Positions 24,963 through 38,200 of a stretch of DNA of 64,000 nucleotides are shown one piece after another. Both the position numbers and the translations under genes were made by a program. Below the pieces are notes generated by a model. It was not told where the DNA came from and did no database searches. It worked only from the letters and a program-made list of their open reading frames with translations. Location: NCBI GenBank assembly GCA_964234715.1, contig OZ174275.1. One strand, 5' to 3'. Every line of letters begins with the position of its first letter. Position 1 is the first letter of the stretch. The stretch is from Podarcis melisellensis. Lineage: Eukaryota.

Positions 24963-27179
24963 CTACACCACCCTTCATCCAAGGATCCCATGATGGTTTA
25001 CAATATAAAAACACAGAAATACATATCATAATAACAAACAAAATTGTATTAAGGCACAGTAAATATGGGATGAGTTTCATGCTGGATGTCTGGAGAAGCA
25101 ACTAGAAAACTACACATCATAGTGCTTTACCAGATGTCATTCTGCACCGATTCATTCAGCTTGGTCAGTTCTTTGTGATTTGGCTTTTCCTTGGTGAATA
25201 TCAGTTGGTTCAATTATTTTTAGGGAATATGAAGTACAAATTCATGCCAGCTGGCGATCTGGTCTTTTATTTAGAAGTGTAATATTATGCACAGCACTTT
25301 AAAAGAAATTAATCAGTTCCAAATCTGATTTACATTAAATATATATAATTCTACTCCTGTTAATATAATGATGACAAATTGATGCAGTGATCTTGTTATT
25401 ATGTGTGCGCACTGCAGAGTCAATTATTCCCTAATGCAGCACTGTATTAAAACAAGCAATGTGTATTAAATTAAAATCAGCATAATGTGAACCCAACATC
25501 AAGAGGATGCAAATGTTAACACAGCAAAATTGTTTAGCAAAAGCAAGCTCAGCCAGATCTCTCAGAATTCAGAAGCCTCCCATTCAGCGACCAGATTTTC
25601 CATAGGTTCTCCAGGTTACTCCACAACAGGGCCCTGGTGCTTCAGTTTCCTGAGAAATGAAAGCAGCCACTTTTTATGCTCAGGGCCCATACTGCAGAAT
25701 AGCTTGCCACCCATTCATAATTTTTATGGATTGTTCCTGTTTGGAGAGCTTTGTCCACAGTTAGAAGAAAATCAACGGTGTGCATAGTTCTCTTCCAACT
25801 TATGCTGCCATGAGTTAGAATGCTGGAGAAATCTCAAAGGACAATAGTAAATTACTAATGATTAACATACTGAAAATAAGCTGTTTTTCAAAAACGTATA
25901 ACCTTCATGTCCCCTGCCTAGATATGCCCATGCACATACAAATATATATGAAATGTAAACATAGCAGCTGCGGAGAGAGGAGAGGAGGCAGAAGCATAGC
26001 TCAGAACCTGATGGGGTCACAGCAGTATAGAAATTAAAGTTTCATCTTACTTGTCTTTCTTGCGGGAGAGAGGAAAGCGGTGTTTATGCAGATCACGTAG
26101 TCAATTGCTCACTAAATGGAATACAGCACCAAGCAAAAGCATCGGGTGGAGAACCTCCAGTCGACAGGCCAAATCTGACCCAGCACAGTCCCCAATTTGG
26201 CCCCTGAGGCCATTTCCCCATAACTCATATACCTGCCCCACTCCTGAGGTCTTACGGGGATGTATTCCTCTGGGGAGCTCAATCAGACAGCTAATTCCTG
26301 CAGAAAACAACCTTACACTCAACACTTTGCTGGCAAAGTGCCTGTGCTGCAATTCCCAAGCGCCTGTTATCCAGCTGACTATTGGACATTTGGAAAACAG
26401 TGCACAAGGGACTTAGACAAATGGGAGGGGCAACCCATTTGACATCCTAATTTTTCATGCCCACCTGTCAAAGCTGGAACCACAGGGGTGGGGACAGATA
26501 ACAATCTGGCCTACTGGGTCAAAAGGGTTCCCAACCCCTGAAACGTGGAACCAGCTCACAGAGAACTTGCCAAGAAATTTCAGGCAACTGCCGACCAAAG
26601 TTCAGAATTACTCACCCTCCTCAACCTCTGCTGCAGCAACGTGATAATAAGGAGTGATTGAATAATTGCCATTATTGTACAACCTCCAATCAAGTTATGA
26701 AGTCACATTTCTTTTGAGTGAGAGTCAGGAGGCTCCATTAGTGGATCTGGAAGACAAGACTTCGCTGTCATTGCGGGGGAGAAGCTGACACATACATCCT
26801 CCATAGAAGCAATATATAAAGCGAGGGGATAAAAATAACCAGAGCTGCACAGAGGGATTAACACTTGTTTGCATTGCCACATAACTAATTTTGACACCTC
26901 CAACACATTTGTTCAGCAGAAGAGGAATGAAGGGTGGCAGCTGGTGTGGGTGAAAAGCTCCATCAAATAGGGCTGTGCTGTAAGTTTCTCACTGGCAGAT
27001 GCAAAGCCCAAGGCAGTTTAGTGGGAGTCAGTGGCTGGAGATGACTCTCTCTGCAGGAAACCTCATGCCCAAGTTGGAATACGGGGGCTTTTCTATTCAG
27101 TAGCTGCTTGGGTTGCATTACACAGTCAGATGGATTGTACTGTTATCTGAAATGTGTCGCCGGAGGTTAACATTATTAA

Positions 27180-27510
27180 AAACAATCTACGGCCATTTCT
27201 GGACATGGATAGCCTGGTTACAGCTACCCATACGTTAGTAGCCTCCCAGCTGGATTATTGCAATGCGCTATGTATGGGGATGGTCCTTGAGGATGGTCCA
27301 GAGAGGGCAGGTAGTGCAGAATGCAGCAGCCAGAGTGCTAACTGACATATCTGCACAAGGCCATATTACCCTGGTTCTCAAGGATCTGGACTGGCTGCCT
27401 GTTTGTCACTGGGTGCAATTCAAGCTGTTAATACTGAGGTCCAAAGCTCTAAATTGCTTAGGGCCTGGGCATTCAAAGGGGCATCTCTCCCCATATAATC
27501 CTGCCCAGGC
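27180..27510 (+). mobile_element. L2-clade LINE ORF2 C-terminal fragment (frameshifted)
   Basis: LVASQLDYCNAL followed by VQNAAARVLT...HITLVLKDLDWLPV...FKLL. Confidence 0.85.
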
Positions 27511-27902
27511 TTTGAGGGCACTGCCATGTGGGCTCACCAGAGGGCTTCCTTGGCAAGAGCATCCCAAGGAACACCCTCCCCTCTGAGTTTTGGCTAGCAA
27601 AAACTTTAATTGGTTTTCTCCCCTGAATGAGCCATTTTGTGCCCAAGATATACTTGGCTGTGTATTGAGCGATATATTAAACAGATCAAGATGGCGGCAT
27701 TTTAAATTATATTTTATTGCTGATTTTATTGTTTATTGAGTTTTACATTGTTGTGGCTTTCCCACAGAGAGCACGTGAGGAGGGGATGGCCTACAAGTTC
27801 AGTCAGTCAGTCAGTCAGTCAATCATGCCACTCCTTAAACCCAGTGGATATCAGATGTATCTGTCTGGCCTTCTCAACAGTTCTCTATGGTCCTACCAAT
27901 AG

Positions 27903-28027
27903 GTATGGGGTGGGAAAACCTGTGGCCCTCCAAAGGCTGGTGGACTCCCATTAGCCCCAACCAGTATGACCAATGATGGGAGCTGTAGTCTAAGAACATA
28001 TGGAAGGTTACAGGTATCCCCACCCCT
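27903..28027. mobile_element. Short palindromic MITE-like repeat
   Basis: ggggtgggaaaacctgtggccctcca ... tggaaggttacaggtatccccacccctg form imperfect long inverted ends. Confidence 0.6.
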
Positions 28028-29927
28028 GTGTTAGGTCTTCTTTTACAGCCCTCTGAGCACCCAGTTCCTTGTACCTTGCATGCCTTCATTCTCTCAGCCT
28101 TCATTCTCAGGCACTTCAAAGGCCTCGGATTCAGTCTCGAGTAGCACCAGTAATGGAAAAGTTACCAAGTAGCAGGCCTGAGAACCACTGACAGTGATCA
28201 GTGGCAATCCAGGGCTAGAGGGATCATCCAGTTGTTTAGTGTGAGCCAGCTCCTGTTCCTAGCAATAGTGACAGCTGTGGAGAAAAGAGAGCAGTGCTAA
28301 GGGAGTAATGTGTAGGGGCTGGAGCACTGGCTTCAGAGCCAGCCCAAGACATTTTGCTGCCTAAGGCAAAATGCAAGATGGCCCCTCTCCCCATTTCATG
28401 TACAAAAGCCAGCCAGACCGGGAGACACGGCTTAAGGGACAGCACCTTCCACTGCCCCTGAACGCAATAGACTACAGCAGGGCAGGGCAGGCGGCACACT
28501 CCCCGCCCTCAGTATCTGCTGCCTGAGGCAACTGCCTCACTCTGCCTCATGGTAGGGCCACCTCTGCCTGTATCTTTCACAATGAGCCTCTGCTCTTCTA
28601 TCCCTTTCCCTCCCGTTGTTGAAATTGAATTCTTCCTTTTAAACTTTGCTTATAGGGCTGCTGGGCGCACAGCGTTGGTGAATCCCTAGCTACCCACCCA
28701 TAGATATCTAGACAATTACGTCAGAATGCACGTGTTTGCTTCATGGGCATGTACCCCAAGTTCCTTAAGTACACAGCAACACCCTGGTGATGTGTACCCT
28801 TCTCAACCATCACCAGCACAAAATACATGGCAAGCCACCAATACTGTGATAGAGCATGGAGTCTCCTATTGAAATATTGCATATCAAAGAATCACAGAGG
28901 CCGTTTATACAGGCATCCCACCCCCACATTCCTTCATGCAAACATGCCCAAATATGTTTCTGCACACCAAAGAAAGGAAATGCGTGAAATGGCATCAATG
29001 CACACAAGCAAGCAATTTCTATGATCATGGATGGTCCAAAAAACTGCAGCTGTGATTATAGAAATTGCTGCTGAGTATGATCACAGGGCTCTTGAGAGCA
29101 ATTACCCAAAGAAAAACATCTAGTGAAATGCCTGAGTGAATCGGCCCTTGCTGGGTAGCTATAAATGTAAACCTCCACGCAGCCCATGTGGTCTGGGTGA
29201 CTTCTGCACTCTTCATTGTCTATCCTCCATTCTTCATGCATTGTGCCCCTTTACATTTGGAATCCCTGTATGCCAATATACACAGCTCCAGGTCGGACAC
29301 AGGGCCAAGCAAAATGTGGCAAGAGCAGCCCTGTTTGTTCATATAGAAAGAAATGTCTTCCCAGTCTTACCTCCCCATGGTCCATCGCCCCAGATGCGTT
29401 CCCCTCTGCCTGGCTTACTTCCAACACTGGAGCTGGGCTAAGAGCTGCAGTGACAGATCTTGAGATGCTTAGGTGCTTGCTGGGTTCAGGTCTCCTTACC
29501 TATACATCCTTGATGATGTAAAAAAAATGGACATACACACCCAATTTATATATGAATGGGCCACAGACACATTTTAAAAAATGCTTGCTCAAGTTTAACC
29601 CTTAAAGTTGGAGGGATTGGATGGGATGTAAATGAACAGGCTGAACAAAGATAAATGTGGAAGACAGACATGGGAGGAATGTGGAGGGTATGGGAAGAAT
29701 GAGGGTTGAAGTGGAGGTAGGGGAAATTGTGACTGGTAAAGCTTTAAAAGGGCAGAGGGGAAATCAAAAAAGGGGTGGGGGGAATAAAGGACCAGAGGGC
29801 CAAGTGGAACCAGCATTTGATGGAGGGGTTGCAACCAGGAGGTTTCCATTTATTGGAGGCAAGTCTTGAACGAAGGTCACTCCTCCTGCTTTCTGACCTG
29901 TGTGATTTGTTTCCTCATCCCCCCTAG

Positions 29928-30032
29928 ATCTACCTGTCATGGAAGAGTGGCCCAGGCGAAGTGAAGCACTGGAAGGATATGATTTCACACCCCCGGCAGG
30001 CTGTGGCACAGTGGCACCAGCTGAAGGCCTGA
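29928..30032 (+). CDS. SYT7: Synaptotagmin-7 last coding exon: [34 protein letters not shown]
   Basis: Hand-translated (absent from the ORF track). ttcctcatcccccctag acceptor; synaptotagmin WHxL C-terminal motif; TGA at 30030-30032. Confidence 0.96.
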   Translation: MYLSWKSGPGEVKHWKDMISHPRQAVAQWHQLKA

Positions 30033-32615
30033 GAGGCAGGAGCCGAGGACTTGCTCTGGGTTTCAGTGCACCAAGTCAACATTTACTGGCCACACTCTCA
30101 CTACTACTTTATGCACAACGGCTGCACCCTGGTCTCCCCCAGGGGGGAAAAGCTTGGGGATGACCACAGGCTAAGGGAGCGAACCTGAAACATGTACTAA
30201 ACTCTGGGAAAGTGGTATCGGTGCCCAATGTGCTGGCTCAGCAGCGCAGAGCATCACAAGGAGCACCATTAATACCCAACCTCCTGCTTTAGCCTTTCCA
30301 TCAGACTCCTTATGTAGAAAGAACGAGAGAGAGAGAGAAAGAGAGAGAGAGAGACCAGAGCAGAGCAGCCCTCCAGCTGAAGGTGGCCTCAGCACTGATT
30401 TGTTTGGATTCACAGTGTAGCAATGGCACAATGGGAGGAGAGGGGTCCGCTACTGCCATACAAGACTTCCTATGAGTTCTTCCAGCCAAAGGCCCATTGG
30501 GATGGCACCCTACTCCGCCATAAGAAGGCTAACCCCATCCAGCGGCTGCACTGGCCTGAGAGGGGGCACTGCAAGGAGATCACTTGCTCTGTTTCCATGA
30601 GGTGGTTTCGTTATCATTCAATAAAACTTGTAAGAGTAATAAGAATAATATAAATAATAATGCTGGCTAGACCTTTTCCTAGCCAGGCCTCTCTGCAAAG
30701 GGGAGAGGAGCCACGAAGCTCCCCTAGCCCCCCTGTGTGTGTGTGTTGTGTGTTGTAACTATGCGTGCAGGGCATTCGTGTGTCACTTGTGTTCTCTTTC
30801 TCTCGCTCAGCCCTAGACAATTTGTTTCTCTGAGGGGCTTGATTCGCTGCCCAGCAGGAATTGAGGGGAAGCTTATGCCATGTGGAAAGGAGGGGAGCAA
30901 CAGATTTTGGAGTTTTGATTGAGAGGAGAGAGGAAAGAGAGGCAAGGAGGCCATTTCTTAACCATGCTGGAAGCCATGAAACACATGCCACAAGCTAGAG
31001 TGTGTGTGGTTGCGACATTAGGGAGACCCTAACTTTTAATTGCCCATTTTGTTTGGCAGAGGCAAAGGAGACATGCTGAGCAGTCCTGAATTTTTTGGGG
31101 GGGCAGGGCGGGAGCCATTTAAACTGACCCATCTCAACATCCCAATGTGCTTGTTACACATGGCCCCAAGCAACCATCCTACTTTAATGATGCCTCCCCT
31201 TGCACCCTAACCCAGCACCGTCTCTCTTGGATTCCAAAGCTTCTTTTCACTCGGTCTGCAGCCCTTCCATTGGAAACCAGCAAACACACACCTGTGCAAT
31301 TTCTAGTTAATTAGCCACCCACTTTCTGTACCCTTCTGCAGCTATGTTAAAAGAGTTTGCCTAGAAACTGACTTCTCTCATTTGCATTCACAAACCTCAA
31401 ATATAGGTTGCATCAAGAAGATTGGTGCCCACGATGTAGAAGGATGTGATTTTTCAGCGAAACCAGTACTTCCCGGAAGTGGCGTTGAGGAATTGACTTT
31501 ATGATAGCAAAACAACCCTAGCTAAAAGTTTTGGGTTGTCCACGCAGTAACTCCAACTTAAATCTTGGGTTTCTATTTGTCTTTGATGAAATGTTTCATC
31601 TCTTCTCTGCTTTTTATTCTTCATTGCCTGATAGGGTACCAGGGAAAAATCAACTCTCCTAGACATTCGGTCAAAATGGCAAAGAGACCACCTCAAGACT
31701 TCATAGGTGAGAGCAGGGACTAAGGGGCACTGACAAGAAAGATTTGTGTCTGATTCCAGTGCTTCTCTGGATCTTTATCTCAGTCTTCCCACATTTTTCC
31801 TGCAAACAGAGAACAAGGATTAATCTGCACAACCCTTTTTGAATGTGTTAAAGGCAACATGTTTTATTTCAGTTACTTGGGAAACACTTTTGGGCTAATC
31901 TTTTGAATATATTGACAGGTGTCCTGACCCATTGCATCCTGTGGAGAAGCAGTAATCGAAAAGCAAGTCAAGCCAGTTCTCCAGGCCACTTCTCACAAGC
32001 ACTCTGCACAGCTTTTCTTCTCCCCACCCCAAAGGCTAGAATGCGCCATCGAAGAGGGTCACCTGCATGATTCAGTATGAGCGTGCAGGTCAGTCTTGCA
32101 CTACGCTGCAGACCTTCCATGCATAGGAGGTGAGCAGTGATGCGAATGTGACAAACCATTCATATAATCCATTTGCCATTTCCAAGCTCAAGCTGCAAGG
32201 GGGAAATGATGCCGGGGTAGACAAGACAGAATGGTTTTGTGGAGAGGGAGCCTCAGTCTGAACACATATTGAAATATTTGCAGCAGCTATTCAACAGAGC
32301 AAAAACCATTCGTAAGACAATTCATTTTGGCTTCGAAGTGTGCTAGGTGATTGTGTGCAGGGCTGGTGCAGGAGAGTTTGCCGCCTGAGGCATAGGACAA
32401 GATGGCAGCTCCCTGCATTCAACATCCAGATGCTGACTAGCCCAGTGGCTGAGTTTATATATATATTCACAAATAAACATTATCATCACATAAGTATAAA
32501 AGAATAAACCACAGAAAAAGAAAATAGAAAATAAAACATTTCCACACAATATTAAATCCACATTTTGGGGTGACTCAGATCCCTCGACTTCCCTCTAGCT
32601 GCGGCTGAGTCTTAA

Positions 32616-32642
32616 TTCAGCACCAGGGATTGGACAGTGTCC
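32616..32642 (+). promoter_or_regulatory. Non-canonical (7-nt spacer) REST/NRSF RE1 site
   Basis: TTCAGCACC-agggatt-GGACAGTGTCC: both half-sites present in the correct order. Confidence 0.55.
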
Positions 32643-32774
32643 TTCACCATACCAGAGGCAGCAAGCTAGTCGCGAAGGGGGCAGGACGTGTCATGTAGCA
32701 TAAACAGATCTGTCTTCCAACGTAGGAAAATGGCCAGTTCTAATATGTTTCACCTCCATTTGTTTAGAAGCTGC

Positions 32775-33615
32775 TCATTGTAGTCCTCTGCATACTTTTG
32801 CGAGTAACATTTGGCTACAAGTCTTGCTTTGTAGCATTCAACTTCCCGTTCTGTGCCCTGCTTTACCTTGCATACCCGCTTGCTTCCAATTGTCCTCTTC
32901 CTGGGAGGTATCTTGATTAAAGTCCAGGTTTGGTTCTGGTGCAGGGCATCCATCTCCATGCACCTTCCTTCCATAGACGGGCTTCAGCGGCTGCCGCCTG
33001 CTCCATCTCTTCCCAGGTGGAAGGTTTCATGGGGTAGTGGCGACTTGTGATGGAGGGCAGTTGCGGAGTTGGAATAGCTTTCTTGGGTCTCAATGAGCCC
33101 CTGACCTCTGTCTCTGGAGTCACATCAGCTTCCTCATCACCAAGTGCAGGTATCTCATCATCAGTCTCCTCCCCTGTGGGAGCGCTGCTGCTTGGACTCT
33201 ACTCCTCTGCTTCTCCTTGCTGCTCATCATTTGTGCTAAGTGGTGTGACAGTAGAAAACAGATCTGGACATCAATTCAGGAAAGTACTTGTGGGGCTTGT
33301 GTTTCTTCCTCTGACTCCTCAGAAAAATCTGTCTCTTGTCAGCTTTCCTGTGCTCATCAAAATGAATCGCATGTCTTGTGCTGACCTTTCCAGTATTCAG
33401 GTTCATCACTTTGTAATATCTGCCTCCAATACCAAATCCAAACATAATTGCCTGTTCCTCTCTGGAGTCTTAACTTGTCCCTGTTCGCCATGGGTACATA
33501 GGCATAGGCAATGCTGCCAAACACAGGTTTGTGTGATATGTTTGGTACACTTCCATGCCAAAGCTCAAAAGGTGTGCATTCAGCTCCCTTGGTTGGCAGA
33601 CTGTTCTGGAGAACC
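32775..33615 (-). mobile_element. Ty1/copia LTR-retrotransposon pol remnant (integrase C-terminus, linker, RT N-terminus)
   Basis: Three frames read TPFELWHGSVPNISH..VFGSIAYAYVP, then FG...YYKV.N..TGKV..RHAIHFDE, then NQTWTLI..PP..RTIGSKRVCKVK...YKARLVAK.YSQK..EDY. Integrase precedes RT, the copia order. Confidence 0.88.
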
Positions 33616-33899
33616 ATCTTCTCTCTCGATTTGAACATCAAAGTAGTAAGAAACATTTCTGAGTTCCTTTATCTCTGCTGCTTTGCACATCAATCTCCCC
33701 AGCTGCCTCCACTTTATTTCATCCACAGTTTTAACAAAAATGGCATTACGAGCCTGTTCTCTGGTTGACAGAAAGCTGGAACTGAGACATTTTCTGACCT
33801 CTTACAATCAAGTGAAAGCCCATTGCTGAAATGAGGGACAGCTTAAGGAAAACAGGATTCATGTGGATATAGTTTCACATTCTTCTTAAACAATCAGCT

Positions 33900-34330
33900 G
33901 AGAATTTATAGATTTAGGCAGATAACTTTGAAAAATGAATATGGAAATGAAAAGACCTCATATATATCGAATGGTTACTCATATGGGAGAAGATAGATTG
34001 TGTTATGGGAAGCAGTGATTAAGGTAACTATCTCAAGAGACACCTAGAAATATATAGGCAATTCAGGGGAATTACAGTCAATGTGGCATTTAACCCCACT
34101 TAGAATAGCTAGAATTTATGATACCAGTAATGATGACTGTTGGAAATGCAACTCAGTTACAGCATATTTAATTCACTATTTGTGGAACTGCCCTGAAGCA
34201 AAAACAATACCAGCAGGAAATGGTATCTAATATATGAAGCATGTTGAAACACCCTGTTCAGCTAGACTCAAAATGACTCCTGTTAACTTATTTGAAAGAC
34301 ACAGTCCTTAAAGGCAGGGAGAAACTGTTG
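33900..34330 (+). mobile_element. L1/Tx1-clade LINE ORF2 C-terminal fragment
   Basis: Hand translation from 34084 gives WHLTPLRIARIYDTSNDDCWKCNSVTAYLIHYLWNCPEA, a CxxC...HxxxxC zinc knuckle; boundaries approximate. Confidence 0.7.
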
Positions 34331-34380
34331 TTTAATATAATTCTATTCTAATATTATATGAAGTGCTACATAATATAATA

Positions 34381-34598
34381 CAGTGGTACCTCAGGTTATG
34401 AACTTAATTCGTTCTGGAGGTCCGTTCTTAACCCGAAACCGTTCTTAACCTGAGGCGTGCTTTCGCTAATGGGGCCTCCTGCTACCACCGCTGCACGATT
34501 TTCATTCTCATCCTGGGGCAAAGTTCGCAACCTGGAGCAACTACTTCCGGGTTAGCAGAGTTTGTAACCCAAAGGGTTTGTAACCTGAGGTACCACTG
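34381..34598. mobile_element. Tc1/mariner-superfamily MITE, copy 2
   Basis: TA TSD; perfect TIR CAGTGGTACCTCAGGTTA / TAACCTGAGGTACCACTG; same family as 21152-21377. Confidence 0.9.
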
Positions 34599-35228
34599 TA
34601 CTGTATTTTTACTACGAGGGGCGGTAACATTTGGATTCTCTGCCCCTAGCGCCAACATTTCTTAAGCCATCTCTGCATGCAAGAGGTTCTATCAATGTTG
34701 CTGGGATAGAGTCCTAATGATATTTTTCTTCCCCTGGCCTCGTCAGTTTTGGCAGCTGCTTCCAAAGGTTTTTGACTTGTTTCCAGTGTTATTTCTACTC
34801 AGAATAGATCAGTTGAAATTAATGGACATGGCTAACTTAAGCCCAATTAACTTCAGTGGAGCTACTCTGCATAGAATGAGCACTGGATACAACCCTACTT
34901 GCTTCTAATGTGAGGGCCAAGTGGGCTCTTTACCAGCCAAGCATTATTTCATTTTTTGCTCTGGCTGTCCAGGTCACAGGCCTTTCACTTATCCCTTGCT
35001 TAGCACAAAGGTAGCTATCATTCCATCTAGTTCCCAATGAGAGATTGTTGGGTGGCTGCAGTTTCCCAGTCCACAAAATTGCCCATCTGATATGAACTCC
35101 TAAGCCTTGAGATGATATATATGAGGCTGACTGTCACCGACAGCAATCATAATGTAAAGCCTTCTGCTCCAAGTACCATGGCAGATGAGAAATAAAAGCC
35201 AGGAAGATGCAAGCATGCTTAAAAGTAC

Positions 35229-35242
35229 CCACTAGGTGGCAC
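35229..35242 (+). promoter_or_regulatory. CTCF core motif CCACTAGGTGGCAC
   Basis: Full match to the CCASYAGRKGGCRS consensus; motif evidence only. Confidence 0.5.
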
Positions 35243-38200
35243 TCATGTTCTATTAACACTGCATCGCTGGGCTATCACTGGCTCAACTTGAGTCATGAAA
35301 GACCCAATTGACTGCTGGTTTAACAGCCAGCGCAACACTCTTATATGCAAAGTGACAGGAATGTTTCAGGATGACTGATACTGTCAGGAGCTCTGGACTA
35401 TTTTGCCACCAAAACTAAATTGTGCATTTTCCACTTGATTACTGGATGGTAGTAGAAAGGCAGTGGAGTGGATAGAGGCCATTTAGACTGGCAGGACCCC
35501 TAGAAAATGCTGACAAAGGTGGGCAAATGGATAGCAGGATTCTTGGGGTTCCCAAGCTATGGAATAGCAGCTGTGGCATAAGCCAGGCCCCCAAATGTGG
35601 ATTTTATGCAAAATTGCAGTGACATGAGTAGCACTTGCATACTAATATTTGGTTGGAAAACTGGGATGAGGAGCTGTCCATGACTCCAATCTTTCCAGGC
35701 AAATCCACCTGAGCAGTCCTACTTATCTGCTCCTCCTAAAACCTATCATGCTCTGCTGCCCCTTCACATCAATTCTCACACACCCCAGCTTCCCACTATT
35801 GCCCTGTATGCTCCTGGCATGGTATTCAATGCTGGTCCTGTGCAGAATAGCCCTAGTGATGTTAAGAGACAAGGATAACATGGGCTTATTGAGTTCAATG
35901 GGTCTACTTTGAGTAGGGACTTGAATCCAACCCACACACTCTGCCCACCTTCTTTCACTCTCCTCCAGTTGCTCAGATCCTCACATGTTATGCTACAGAC
36001 TGATTTACCAATTTCCCCTCCTCTTCTGACCTTCTTCACAGTCCTACTGAAAAGTCTTCACAAGCTCTTCCCTTGCCATGAGCCCTCCAGATAATGAACT
36101 TCACAACCCTGCTTGGTTGAAGCTCTTTCCTTTTATGCAGCCATCTTTGTAAACAGCACATTGCCACTGAATACTACTTGAGTCGAATAGGAGGGATCTG
36201 TCCACCAGTGGATAGATTGTGAAAGCTCCTTTCTCCTCCAGAGCTTTGTACTTGCCCAGCCAGGCCATTGTACAGAGGAAAACTCAAATAGGGCATTCAA
36301 TACCTTCCTTCTGTCCTGGGTCATTAATCCTGTGGAGTGTGAGCCAAACTTCCAGCACTTAAAATCAAATAAAATAGGGCATTCAGCTTCTTCCTCCAAG
36401 CAGTTAACCAATGGGTCTGTTCTCTCAGGCTATCCTTGAGCAGGTTGACTGTCATAATATGTATAATAGTTGGGGGGTGGAATTTAAGGGTGTTTTATTT
36501 TGTTGAGTTAGTCAGTGTGTTACAGTATTTTTTTTCTATATGATGTACAGATGCCTAAATGATATTTCTGGTAGGCACATTTTTATACATGTAACAATAC
36601 ACTGCTGAAAATAAAGGAGGCTTGCAGGAATAGGAGAAAAACCCCAGTTAGTTGGGGGAAAGTTGGGGGAAAATCAGGGCTCTTATAGAAAATGAGTTGG
36701 GGTTTGGCTTTCTTTCTTCTTCTTTTCCCCTCATGGCATTTCTTGGCATCCACTCAGCTGGGCAGGCTTTTTAAAAATCAAAGAGCCCCAAGGAGGTTTT
36801 TATATGTTTCTTTATTATCCCATTGTTGAGGAAGAGGGCAGAAGGAGAGAGAGTGAGACATGATTTAGCAATTGACGTTTGTTTAATAGGTAATGTCTTA
36901 ATGGAGAAATAAAACCAAATTGTATTGAAATGAGAGGGGCCTGCTTTTTATTTTTGTGCCCCCTCTTGTACAGCTGTCAGCCAATCAGATGCAAAAATAA
37001 TAATAATAATAATAGTGGGATATCAGAAACAATGGGGTTTTTAATGCCAAAGCAAACTGGGAAATACATGACATCCTATTTCAGTATTTTATCAGCTCTC
37101 TGTTCCAAGACAATGTGAGAACCTTTTTCTCAGCTGCTTCCTAATAAGTCTGCAGTAAAATAATTGTTAAGTCCATCAAGCTATTTATTAATAATAATGT
37201 TTATTATTTATTAATGACTTCTTCTACTGTTAGTGAACTGTGCCCAATTTAATTTTGATGCCGTCTTTTGTAAAGGTTTTAACAGGCAATCCACAAAAGG
37301 GCATCAGTTTTTGTGTTTTGTTATTTAGTGTGAGAAAAAGGCCATCAAAATCACAAACCATTATTCTCTTTCTTGGATTGAAGCGCTAAAGTGCTTTTAT
37401 CGGGAACAAAATCCTCCTCTGTCCCAGTCTAAAATTCACAAAGCAGTTGGGAGTTGCTGGTGTTTTCATGTACACTTGGCTTGCCCCAAATAGTCACAAA
37501 TTGCAGGGCTGTATAAATCACAACAAACTGAATTTGGATCTTCCACATCACGAGAAGCTCACAAGCGTCATTATCTAGTTCGTCATGACATTACAGATCC
37601 TTGGTGACATTACAGATTCTGCACTGTGATTATCACTGGAAAGTATAAGCAGCAGCGGAAACAGGACACTGACAATTATGGGTGGCAAGTGTTTTATTAA
37701 TGGGGGAGAGAGTCACACAATGACCATAATAGCAGATAAGATGGTTGGATGACTGGCTTTCCATATCAGCAAAAGCTTACTTGGCATTTTAGGCAGCTGA
37801 GTAATCCTGAGAAATTCACTCCTTGAAAAACGGGTTGAAAGAAATTCTATATTAGATGTGCACAACTTTTAACTTGCCAAGCAGAACACACCTCAGTAGC
37901 CTTGAAGGTGACGTGTCAGATAACCCACTGACCAACTCTTGACTTTGCTTTTACAGTCCCAAGCAGCCAGGAGATGTATGGCGCATCTGGTGTGGCATCC
38001 ATTGCTGGTATTTGGCCTGCTGGATCTCAGGCAGCGCAGGCCTGATATAAGCAGTGACGGATCTGAAAGGACATATCTAATAGTTCCCCATTTTGATGCA
38101 AGAGTCCAGTTTTCTAGTAACACTGGCTTCTCCCAAATTGTCATTATGCCTATCACACAGAAACCAAATAATTTTATACTGGGAGAAGCTTCCCACCCAC

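Noticed and set aside
31400-31720. Locally CpG-richer stretch resembling a LINE 5' UTR
   Set aside because: No sustained ORF, TSD or second copy to support a call.
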